This document shows, one piece after another, positions 1 to 11,988 of a stretch of 64,000 nucleotides of DNA. A model generated the notes under the pieces. It worked only from the letters and a program-made list of their open reading frames with translations, had not been told where the DNA came from and did not search any database. Where the stretch lies: assembly GCA_021613535.1 (NCBI GenBank), contig CP075495.1, positions 14,880,001-14,944,000 of the forward strand, read 5' to 3'. This stretch comes from Adineta vaga. Lineage: Eukaryota > Animalia > Rotifera. The translations under genes were made by a program, and so were the position numbers. Position 1 is the first letter of the stretch, and every line of letters starts with the position of its first letter.

Positions 1-253
1 AAGATTCTAAGTTCTTAATGTAAACTGTCGAATGGTATTAAAAAAGCTTTCTTTCTCTCTCTCTCTTTATTCAATATGTGTAATCAGTGAATTAGTTTTG
101 CTTCATTGATTAGTTTGACTGGTCAGTTGGATACAAATGGTTCAAAACTGATTGGAATACTTTCTGTTTTTTGTTTGATTTATAAAACAAAATGACTTTT
201 TAATTTGATTTGAATTGAAGATAAAAACAAGATGAACAATATCTTTGTCAAAT

Positions 254-718
254 TCAATATTGACTAACAAGTTTATGATTACCAATCGCGGCTGGAATTT
301 CCATTTGTGCATTTAACATATCGAGTTTTGATAGATGAAGTATTTCTGAACCAAATGAACCTCGTAATTCCATATATTTTGGATTACTTATACAACAAGC
401 ACAACATTTAGCAAATAAACGTGAACAACAATCTTGTGCATCAGTAGATTCACGCATTTCAGCTATATCACGTAAGAAAATTGAAGCATCTGTATAACTT
501 GGATTACAACAACAACTACAACATTTTGTATCTTCGGATCGTAATAATAATCTCGTATCTGTCAAACTTGTATAATAAGATCCCGTACATCCACATGTTT
601 CTTCTTTAAATATCCACGAATGTAATAGATTTTCATTACCTAATAAACGAAAACTATTCGTAATATTATATCCCTTCGGTTGAGCAGTTATATATCCCGA
701 GGAAACGTTTCTTGACAT
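254..718 (-). CDS. Small Cys-cluster protein of unknown function
   Basis: Clean 154-aa ORF with CGC, CCSCCC and CCACC clusters. A tttag splice acceptor lies just upstream of the ATG (about 725). No family recognised. Confidence 0.6.
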   Translation of the reverse strand: MSRNVSSGYITAQPKGYNITNSFRLLGNENLLHSWIFKEETCGCTGSYYTSLTDTRLLLRSEDTKCCSCCCNPSYTDASIFLRDIAEMRESTDAQDCCSRLFAKCCACCISNPKYMELRGSFGSEILHLSKLDMLNAQMEIPAAIGNHKLVSQY

Positions 719-1456
719 TGATGTCTAAAACGAAACGTAAAATAAAACTTGAGTGTTTTTCTTCGTCGAAAGAAATCACATATCCAGAAGTGTGTTCGAA
801 ATGTTACCTTTTCTAGTAACCTATTTTACGTTTTGACAGTAAGTATTTTAATGAGATGTTATGTACAGTAACTGTTGAATTTAAATTTTCGAAACCATAG
901 AAAGATGTTAATAAGTAAATATACATTAAAAAAAACATTTTTTTCCGATGGAAAAGAGACAGACAGACAATTGTTCGTTTTCATAGATTTATGATATAAG
1001 AACAACTTTAAAAATCAATTTCAATCAAAGATTTTTGATTAGAATGAATTTATACAGTTGAATAATAAATTTATTGGACCGATAAATCTTAAACGCATGA
1101 TTGTATAAGGTATTTTTGATTAGTTTGAAGATCAATATACTCCTTTATTTAATTAAGCGTGTGTCTTTTTTTTATCAGATTTTCTTTGTTCTCTATTAGA
1201 ATAAAACTTATTCAAAATATGTTCTTCTATGTACAAACATAAAAAAAATTGGATGAGAATGGAATTTGTTACTCGGGATGCACACAACACACGAATTAGT
1301 CGAATAAAATATATGTAATGGGATGGATAGATAGATATAAAAGCGACGAAAAGAAAATAGAAGCAAATAAAAATACTGCTAGCTTATAAACACAATAGTA
1401 AGGATAAGAGTAAAAAAAAAAGAAGAACACAATCAATCCTGAGTCAATGTTTGTTT

Positions 1457-3389
1457 CTAAAAATTTAATTGTTCGCCTTCTAATTTTTGACCCGCACTTG
1501 AAAAGACATCATAATTAGCCAAGACATCTTTCAAATCTGATGCTTTTATTTGTACATATTTTTCTCCACTAAGACCCGGTGCTGTTTCACCTGTTTCCTC
1601 AACAGTTGATTCATAACCAATTTCTCCTGGATTTGCTGTATAGTATCGTGTTGTTGTTCGTCGACTACTGGTAGATAAATCGACTTGATCAGATGGAATA
1701 TCATAGATTTGAGAACCAAGTTTTGTTAGAAGATGTGTAGGAAATTTACCATCATTGTTTGCATGTGATCGTAATAACATTTCTTCAGTAAGTGCAGCTC
1801 CACCACGTGATACATTTTCATTGAAATTGTAACTATTTCCATCATAAACAACTGTTGCAGAATTATTTGGTGAACTACCATAGAGAACTTGTTGTTCACC
1901 ATATTCATCAACAGCAGCTGCATGTGATGCTGAACGAATAAGACGCCTAACGGTACCATTTGAAGTTGTTGTATATGCTTGTCTGGACGACGATGATGAT
2001 TGCCCATAACTATAAAAGAAAAGAAAAGATGAGAATTTGTTGTTCGTCTACATTTGTAATAATGAAGATGAAATTTCATACCCATTTAAAATTTGTCGAA
2101 CATTATATTCATCAGCTTGCTCCAGAGCAACATCTTCTTTTGCTGCAGATATATGTTGTTCTTGCATTAATGCTAATTCTTCTTGTAAACCTAATTCAGT
2201 TAATTTTCGTTGAACAAATTCTGTCGCATAAAGTTTATCTCCATGTTGACTATAATATCTCTGAGGATCAGCATCATGTACTCCAAGTTTTTTCACATGC
2301 TTAACAACTTCAACTTCAGGTGGACGCCATTCGATAATGGTATTTTTTATTCGACTCATCGGTTCTAATGGTTTGGCTTTTTCATGAATAACTTGACGTT
2401 TTTGTTTGTGATATGGAAGCCAACGTTCAATAATAACTGGCCGAGGTTTTGGTGGAAGTTTTGGTAAACGTTCAATAATTAATTTACGTGGTGGAGGTGG
2501 TGGAGGAGGAATAACCTCTAGAACGAGAAAGAAAAGTGATGTAAGAATTCTTTCTTAAGACTTAATCATTGAGTATTACTTTTAATAACAGTTGTTGGAA
2601 CGGATTTTGGACGAGAAGGTGGTTTTTCACGTATGATCACTGGTGATGGTGTACGAGGTGGAGGAGGACGTTGACGAAGAATAATAGGCGGAGCAGGTGG
2701 TGGTTGTGGCGCACGAATTTCTCGAATAATGATTGGCTAAAATAAAGAAAATTAAATCATTGTTTCGGATAAAATCAATATTCTTCTTTTCTTACGCCTG
2801 GAGGTGGTGGTGTACCCGGTTTCAAATATCGTACAGCAATATCTTGTGTATACGTTAATCGTTGTGTATTTGGTCGAACAATTAGTTCTGGATTTGCATC
2901 AACGTTAATTGGATAATTTTTCACATCAGGTGTTGCTCTTGCTGTTAATTCTTGAACTTCTTGATCTTCCATAATACTATTAGTATAAGCAACATTCGAT
3001 TGAACTAATTGTTTAATAGATGCATCTTCAAAATCACTACTACCATCACGATAATAATATTCTCGAGAACCTGAACGAGATAATTGTTCTCCACCATCAG
3101 TTGTATAACCTGTTGTAACCAATGTTGAATATGTTGTTGCTCCGCCTGCTGAACGACTACGTGTATTATATGCATCATATTCATCTGCTACTCGAGTCGT
3201 TGTTCTCATACGATTTGTTCGTCCTGAAGGTACATCCAAAACATATCGACGAGGTGGCGTTGATACAGATCCTGCTGATGATGATGGTGCTATACCACCT
3301 GTATTTCTATCATTTGACGCAGTTGCATTAGCATTAGCATTAGCATTACTTGTTCCTCGACGACCATACTGACGAGTTGCAGTAGCCAT
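1457..3389 (-). CDS. Four-exon proline-rich protein of unknown function
   Basis: Exons 3389-2796, 2736-2580, 2517-2052 and 2009-1457 join in frame across GT-AG introns of 59, 62 and 42 bp. The core reads VRYLKPGTPPPPGPIIIREIRAPQPPPAPPIILRQRPPPPRTPSPVIIREKPP...IIERWLPY. An acceptor directly before the ATG implies upstream exon(s). Confidence 0.8.
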
Positions 3390-6199
3390 CTACAAATAGA
3401 GCAATGTTTTCAAGTTATTTTTCTCTCCGATTGTCTTCTAATCAAATAGAAAAATGAATAAGAAATAACAGTTAACAATTCATTAAAGTTTCACTTTGAA
3501 AATATTGATCTAGACATGTCGAAAAAAACCAATAAGAAAGAAAAACCTCGGCTTTCAAACGGTAAATATTAGTCTTCTTTCTTCTTATATCTATCAATAG
3601 AAAGAAAGAAAAAACGTTTTTCATACTGGTTTTTTTGAGTAAAAAATCGGAAATGATTTCTACTTTTATTCTTCTTTTTCTTTGTACTTAACATTCATTG
3701 AGTACTTACGATAAAAAACGTCTAAGAAAATAATATTATTAAAAAAGATTTCATTCTAAATAAGAACGGAAATCTAACACATATGTTATAGTGACTAGAC
3801 TTTAAACGAGAAAGAAAAAGAAGGATAAACGTATTAGGATCATTCCTGTTCCCGTACTTTGAAGAGAAAAACGAGAAAAAATAGCCTTGACGCATATCGA
3901 GTAAAAGAAGCAAAAGAAGAAGAAGAAGAAGAAAAAAAATAAAGAAATGAAAGTGAGAATTTATGACAACAATATAAAAATAGAAAGTAACACTACGATG
4001 ATTTGACTCTTATCATCTTATTGATGGTACAGTAAAAGTCAAGAGAAATATATTGATAATATATATAACCCGTTTCTTTTTGCGAACGAGTTTTCTTACA
4101 CCTATGAACAATGTATTGCTTCGAAAAAAAAACAAAATTGACATGAAATGACAAACACATGAGTGTATCGTCATCAAATCCTGAAAAAAATCTCATAACA
4201 TGGACAATTTCTTTCTTTTTTAGTTAATGTACATACTTGAAAAAGAAATGAAAAAAAAATAAATATGAATTTTCACTTCAAGTAACCTCCATACATTAAC
4301 ATATGGCATAAGAAACCATATCAGAGAAAAAAGTACATATTTCATTTCCCTCCTCTCTCTCTCTTTCTGTCGCTCTCCCTCTACCGCTTTCACCTATATG
4401 ACGTTGTTGTATAAAATACAATGATACTCACGTGTATCAATTGGTAAAGAAATATACTCGTTTCGATTTATTTAATTGACCGATCGAGCGCAGCTAATTG
4501 CTCCTCTCACTGTGATAATGATTAGAGCTAGAAAGAAAAAATGCGCATAGTCTTTATAATTTATGGAAATTTATCAGTGATCAGGTATTGCCACTAGAAC
4601 ATTTTGATTACGAATATGTATAGATGTGTTATTACCTTTTCTCATTTTCTTTTCTTTTCTTTTTTATGCTTCTTTTTATTTTCACTATCCAACCTACATT
4701 ATAAATTCCTTTTCTTTTCCTCGTTCTTTTTTTCCTTCTTGTCGCGTTCTCGTCCTTTTTTACAATGTTGATCGAAAGATTTGACGGTAATGTTAGTGCG
4801 CGTCTATCAGAACAACAAATATTGTTTGTCAAAGTTTTGCTATTCGACTATCGTTTACTGGCGGTTTCAAGGACACCTGCTGCTGCTACTGCTGCTTCTG
4901 CTATAACTACCTGAATATAAACGAATCTAATTGACATGTGCAAGCGACAGAATCTTAGTCATTTATCGCGTAAAAAATCGTTCTTCTTTTTTGGCGTCTT
5001 CTTAAGAAAAAAAAGTTAATGATGAAAGAATGAAAAAAAAACAACTATAGTATTTCTTCCTTTCACTTACGATAAAGAATGAAAAGACTGAATTACACAT
5101 CTCTATTTTCTTTTTTTTTCTTCTTCTTTCATAAATTTAACTATTTTCGATTATAATAACAAGATTTCTTTTTCTTTTGTATTCATTTGAAGTTAATCTT
5201 CGTACTTCATTCAAACTGGCTCATTGATCAATGAAGAATGCGAAAACAAAACAAAAAAAACAGATAAAAGAAAAGGCCAATATAATGTGATACGAAAAGA
5301 TATCCGTACAGAAGACAAAGTGCAACCTTTCTGCTTTCGTTCGATGTCTTATAGTAAAAAATATTATTTAAAAATCTTTATCTATTAAATGTCAAAATTA
5401 TTTCATTTTTCGTCGATGACAGAACTATTCTTATCTTTCTTTTCTTTTTATTCTGAGGAAATAGAACTATAGATAACAATTCAGATTTAGATAGTTTTGT
5501 TTTAATTTTCATCAAGGTCTTTTTCTTTTCATTCATTTATCCTGACATTAAGTTATAGAAGAAGAAAACTATTTTAATAAATGTCTAATGAGCAGTCTTT
5601 TTACACGCTCGAGAGCATTATCATTAGAAATGATATTCAGAAAAATATGTATTTTGTCCTTTTTGAGTATTGAATCTATAAATAGGACTTTTCTCTTAGA
5701 TATGAATAGGTCAATTATAATAGATATGATGCTATATCTCAACTAAACTCAATTTTATCATCTGCCCAGGATCGATTGAAATCTGATTCCTGGAAGTTGC
5801 GTGATAGTATACAATGGTACGAACAGTTCGATATAAAACCAGAGTGGTCATAAGAGAAGAGAAATAATAACCACAACAAAAATAGTCGAAGAAATATATA
5901 TTGACCGTATACAACTTTCCTTTTTTATGTTTAATATGTTAGATATATTTGATATCAAGATAAATAACAAATCTAATTAAATCGAATAAGAACATGATTT
6001 TATTTCAACACTCTATTATGAACTAGTTAATGACAATATTTTACTCTGATTTATGATTAGAGAAAAAGAACAAGAAATTGTCTATGTTTGACGAAAATGT
6101 ATGAATATTAGTCCCATGACAACACTTCCGTGCAAAGATGACCATAGTTATAATAAAATAATAAATCGGCATTGCTTGCTTCACTAGTTTTGAGAGAAC

Positions 6200-7060
6200 A
6201 ACCTAAATAAACAATACTGAAGAATATTTCTATAATATGACGAAATTATTGCATACCAATTTCAGGCAAAATCTTTTTCCAAAGAATGCGCTTTGACGAA
6301 CATAAGTCATTACTACCGAGCGATTCAAATTGATTATCAATTTTAGATAAGTTTTTTTCTCGTCAATATGTTTGAGCAATAATTTGAGCCAAGTATTGAA
6401 CTATTTTTTCATTTTTAATCTGTTCAACACGATCCAAAACAAAAGGTATTATTTTGTTGACTTAGATGGTTTGATTTTCAATATATTGTTGTAACAATTC
6501 AACTGGATCGCTTGTAATTAATTTTTTGAAGATTTCTTCGTGTTTCATTTCCGTGTTAAAAATTCGCTGAAAAAATGCCAAAAGATGAATATATATATAT
6601 ATGTATTGCACTGCGTGATTATATAAGAACAGTGCATTTATTAACCTAACGACTTCCCTATTCAAGATGCATCATTTGAATAGTCGAAGTATAGTTCACA
6701 TCTACATATACAACCAGGAATCAATTTTCATTAATAATTACAAGTAAACATATACCTAATTCTTTAAGTTCAGTTATTAACTGTGTTTGTCGATCACCAT
6801 TGAAATCAAATGTACTTTTCGCGCCCGTATTACCGAAATTGATGAGTACGTCTTCAGGTAAGACTCTTTTTACTAGTTAAATAAGACTTTTACCTGTAAC
6901 AACGAACTGTGTTAATCGCAATTGTAATTGTTTATTTGCAGCTGGATATGGTTCAGGTATTTTGTTATCGACGTATGCTTCTTTCGTTTTCAAACATAGA
7001 TCATCGAAAAAATCACTTATCAGTTTAGATAATACTGTAGCATGAATAGAGCTCGATTGA
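6200..7060 (-). pseudogene. Possible spliced gene remnant of unknown family
   Basis: Coding-like segments (LISDFFDDLCLKTKEAYVDNKIPEPYP; VLPEDVLINFGNTGAK; RIFNTEMKHEEIFKKL) are bounded by GT/AG-like sites, but I could not build a continuous ORF. Confidence 0.25.
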
Positions 7061-7627
7061 AATAGAAACTAATATTGGTAGATCTTTTAATTTCTTTTCC
7101 TAGAATATATGTCTAGATTTACAATAATCATGTTTCTGTGTGCATTCATATTCGTTGATGCAGTTAATTTTCCACTTTACAGTGTCATTTTAAATTGACA
7201 TAGAGGATAAGAAATTGTAACATAGGGAATAATGTATAAGATACGAAATCATTGGTAATGAAACACGTATGTAATGATTATGATTTGTTTTTTTATTTAC
7301 ATTTATATTTTTCTTAGGATGGCACTGATCCTTTTATATTTTCATAAATGAAATCTTTTTCATAGTATAATCAGAACGTCGTTTTTAGTAAAAAAATATA
7401 ACCCATGTTTTGTGATTAAACTATTTTAAACATGCATCAAACCTAAATCGATTAAATGCGGTAGCTGGTGACAAGATTATAGCCTATAGACCTACAATAA
7501 GCATATAACCTGTTTAATAAGAAATACTATAAAGGAATCAGGCATTTCTTCTAAGATGCGTTACAAGAACGAAAATGAGTAAAATAAATATTTATATTTT
7601 GAAACAAAAGATGATTTAGTTCATAAT

Positions 7628-8921
7628 TCATTGATTTGTTTCTTCGTTATCGTTTGTCGATGTTTGATTAGCACTTGACATAGCTTCTTTCAGTTCTTGT
7701 AATTTTTCATTTAATTGATCAATATGAACAACAAATGATTGTTGTGGACGTACATCTCGATGTTTTTCAACATATTTTAATGCTTCTTTCGAACTCATTC
7801 TCATATGAAATGATATAAATGCAACAATCACAGCTGCTGATCGACTAACACCATGATCGGAATAAACAAGAACAGGATCTCCACGATCATAAGCCACAGC
7901 TAGAATTCAACAATCATACGAATATTTCAAAATAGATGTAAAATCGTTTACATATGAAATTGACAGCATCGCGTAGTAATTCAGCAATATTTTTCGCATC
8001 ATGAACATCATCGATAGGAACACGAAAATATTTTCTTGAATCTTCATTCTGTACACTAGAAATAACGTAATTAATCTATGATTAACATATATTCTTATAC
8101 AAAAGAAGTACGAACATAAAATCATCATGTTTTGTACAATTAACATAAGCACGAATTTTCAGATCTTTGACTATTTGTGAATTAATCCCATGTTCACGTC
8201 GACCCAAATAAACTAATTGTGGACAAATTTCATTTGGATATGTTTGTATTAATTCTAATTCCTATTGAACATCTTAAAATATTACTCACATCAACGAAAG
8301 AATAATCTGCATCTTACTTTTGGTGAATAAAGTGATTGTTGTGTACGTAAAAATGGATATAATTTAGTAAATAATTGATATCCACCTCGAACAATTTTTA
8401 TAACTGTCAAACCACCAGTATATTGTTGTAGCAAATTTGCACATGCATAAACATCATCTTGATAACAAAAAAGAGAATCTTATATCAATAAGAAAAATGA
8501 TAATCTTAAATATATATACCTTGTTCGTTCAATGGTAAACTATCAGTAAGATTATCATACAGAACAATATGTTCACGTGTTTCAAGATCAGCATGCCATG
8601 GTATTTGATATTGTCCTTCTTTATTCTTTGGAAGAAACATATACATATACATGTTATTAACGGAATCAATTTTAGAATCAACTTACACGTTGAATATGAG
8701 TAGCACTTATAACATGACTTTCATCATATTCTTTACGTGATCGACAATCTAAGAAAAACGTTTTATTGAAGAGAACAATAAATAAATCGATATAGCAAGA
8801 AAAACGAACCAAGTAGATAGAGATAATTCGTGTCGCTAATACGAGCTAATCCATTAATTTCCGCATTGAGAATATTAAATAGATTGATGCATTCAATTAA
8901 TTCATAAGGTGGTGGAAACAT
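7628..8921 (-). CDS. STYXL1: STYXL1/MK-STYX pseudophosphatase (rhodanese domain plus inactive dual-specificity phosphatase domain), multi-exon
   Basis: Spliced exons give LFNILN...YLYLLDCRSRKEYDESHVISA, HIVLYDN and RGGYQLFTKLYPFLRTQ. The P-loop VYSDHGVSRS has Ser in place of the catalytic Cys, as in STYXL1. The start could lie further upstream (frame open to about 9000). Confidence 0.88.
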
Positions 8922-9378
8922 TGTTCGTTGTATATCTTGAATGCGAACGGATCTACAATTCTGTAGTATTGATCGTCGATAGACATTATTACTTTCATCT
9001 CTATGGACAACGAGTATCGATTATAGTGCCATCTATGGAAAAGGTGTATGAAAATAAAAATTTCAAGATAAAAATAAAAAACAAAATACTAATGGAAAAT
9101 AAGTTTTTTCACATTTTATATTGAAAAAAATATCTTGAGGAGCAAAAAAGAGTAAAGTATATACTGATAGGAATACCGATTAGTTCAATCATGAATCATT
9201 TCTTTCTTTCGTCTGATTCTAACCTCTTGTTAATACTTGTCTTGTCTGTCTGTGTCTGCAGCTTTTATCTGTCAAGTTGAAAAATGTATGTTTATTCTTT
9301 TTTTTTCCAAAGAAAATATAAATGAAAACATTTTAAAACTAAATTTAGTAAAAATCATCATTTCTATTTTCAGATCAA

Positions 9379-9831
9379 ATGATCGTACCTCGTCTTCGGA
9401 GTGAAGCCCGTGGCGGGTCATCATCTGGCACGTCAACTCGTTATAGTAGTGGAGGCGGTGTTTATGGAAATAAAGTCAATAATAATCATCATGCTAATGA
9501 TCCTGATCTTAAACGAGCTCTTCAATATTCTTATACATCACAAGCTGTAAGAAAATGGGAAAAACGTTGGATTGTTATTCATGAAACATCCATGCGTGTT
9601 CATAAATGGATGCCTGCACCAGCATCAGCACCTACACTTGCTTCACAAATTGTTGCTGATAAAACAGCTGCACTTGCTAATAATAATAATGATAATACAG
9701 AACAATCTCAAGAAGAAACCCAAACATCACAACAACAACAACTGCAGCAAGAAGAATCAACACCTACTACAACACAAGATACTCAAATGGTTGTCGATGA
9801 AGAAAGTACTAGTCAATCAAGTCAAACCTAG
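9379..9831 (+). CDS. BCL7: BCL7 family protein (SWI/SNF subunit)
   Basis: RLRSEAR...DLKRAL...VRKWEKRWIVIHETSMRVHKWMP matches the BCL7 N-terminal signature, followed by a low-complexity acidic/Gln tail. A 5' UTR intron ends at about 9373. Confidence 0.88.
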   Translation: MIVPRLRSEARGGSSSGTSTRYSSGGGVYGNKVNNNHHANDPDLKRALQYSYTSQAVRKWEKRWIVIHETSMRVHKWMPAPASAPTLASQIVADKTAALANNNNDNTEQSQEETQTSQQQQLQQEESTPTTTQDTQMVVDEESTSQSSQT

Positions 9832-10122
9832 ATCAAATTAACTGTCTAAATCTCAATATTTCTTCTTTCTCTTTACAATCTGCAATACTTTACTATTTGT
9901 TCTTTATGTATGTGAATTCTTTTTTTCCTTCTCTATTGTACAATAAGTGTATGTGTACGTGTTCTTGTCGATTTGAAAATTCTGAAGACAAATATATATA
10001 TATATATATATGCATTCTCTAGATATCTTAATATATCGTTATATGATGAACGAAAGATAAAAAGAATAACTATAACATTCACAACAAATTGTCTATTGAT
10101 TCATTGTATTTTCCTTTGTCAA

Positions 10123-11145
10123 TCATCCATTTTGTGGTTTAAGTTGATTAGTACGTCTCAGTGCACGTCTTACTTCAGGTAAACCTGCCAGACAAACAAA
10201 TGGACAAAGAAGACTAGATAAATATTGATAATAACTAAGATAAGCTGAATATAAAGATGATAAGAAAGGAGCAGATGTAAAAAGTGTAATAACAAAACAG
10301 ATAACACACGGTAACCATACTAATATAAAGAGTGCAGATAATGCTACTAACTGAACAATAACACGACGACTTCGATTCCATACAGATCGTTGGGTTGTTA
10401 CTCGACGTTTTTGTATCAAGACACGAATAATAATTAATGATGTCGCAAAAATACTCAGAAGAACATTAACACACCCATTCACTATCCAATCAAATGTACC
10501 AAGAAGAGGCTAAAATACAAATCAATTGAATATGATACATCAATATTTGATCGAAAACTTCAAACTTACTTCATAAAGATAACATGCACCTCCACATGTC
10601 CATGATAAATAATCATAGGTGTTTATACATGAATATCGAGTCACTAGATAACTATAAAGTAAAATTGGATATAGAATACAAAAACTTAATGGAATATAAT
10701 GTAAAAGAATAAGATGATTATCAAAAAATGTTCGATGAAACACCAACCAATATCGTTGAATACTTGCTATGGCCATCGTCCATAAACTACTAGTAAATAA
10801 CATATAATTAAAAACGATCCAAAATTGACGAATCCTTTTGATAATACAGCCGCCGAACCAGTACGTAGAAAAATTAATGTTAATGGTAATTCACTTGTTA
10901 CCTATAGAACATCGATTATAGAAGAATGATTTTTTTTTATTTTAAAATTATTTTACTTGTATAAAAGTAATGATTAATAAAATAAGTACAACATGATTAT
11001 TAATTCGTTGACGTATTTCACGTGATCGAAAGAAATGATAAAAGATTAAAAGTGAACATAAAATTGATGGAATTATCAAAATCAATAATATTATAGAAAT
11101 AATCAAACGACTTTGTGAAGTATCTAGTATGAACGTTGTTGTCAT
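10123..11145 (-). CDS. Rhodopsin-like 7TM GPCR, 3 exons, with an apparent 1-bp frameshift near 10830
   Basis: Hydrophobic helices with ASIQRY (DRY-like), VWLP (TM6) and LCPFVCL (TM7). Introns at 10902-10956 and about 10509-10568. The sequence GGA TTC GTC AAT TTT GG needs one extra base to read GFCQFWIV, matching the paralog's GFCLFWIV. Confidence 0.8.
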
Positions 11146-11988
11146 GTTCTTGTTAGATGATAAAATTGAATATTAGTTGTTTTAGGTATAGAAAATATAC
11201 TTAATCGCTATGTGATAGTCATGTGTAAAACTTCATATGTACTTTAGAAATGTTTTGAAACAAATAATATTGTATATTTAAATTCTAATAGAAATCTAAA
11301 TAAAAATGCACTCTAATTTGTTTTTCAACCTCTTGGCAATAATATCTTTATTTTTAATTACCTGTAAATTGAGAAAAGTTTTTTCTATTAACAATAAAAC
11401 TGACTCGCTGAATGTGTAAATTGTAAGGAAGTTGATATTTCTTTACATTTAATATTGTTATTATTAAATGAAGAGAGAAAAAAATATCCAACGCATATTT
11501 TATTAGTAGTTGTCTATTAGAATAGAAACATTAATCATCAATAATAAGATTGTCACATATAAGTAAGACAAATGACATGATGAACAAGATCTTGCGATTT
11601 ATTCATGAAATCTTATTTAAGACAGATAACGAGATTCATCTGTCCCTCGTACTATATTGATTCTAATTCTAATAAAGAAATTTACATCGGTTTCTCACAG
11701 AACATCCTTACTTCGATATATTTCTCGCTATTGTCATTGTTTAAACTATATGATGGAATGAGATAAATCTTATGTTATATTATGATTGTTATTTATTGAT
11801 AACACGTGGCGCTTATCTTTCCATCAATTTTTTGTCCTTTCATATTATTCTCTTATTCTTACTTTTATTTCAGATTCAAGTTTTCATACTGCAAAAAATC
11901 ATTATTCTCTATTTAGAAATACATTCTATATAAACACAATTCACAAAAAAAGTAAATAAACATCATATAAGAATAAACAGTCAAATTT

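Noticed and set aside
3400-6100. Short ORFs in the long A/T-tract-rich region
   Set aside because: They are low-complexity translations; the region is more likely 5' introns and regulatory DNA of the proline-rich gene.
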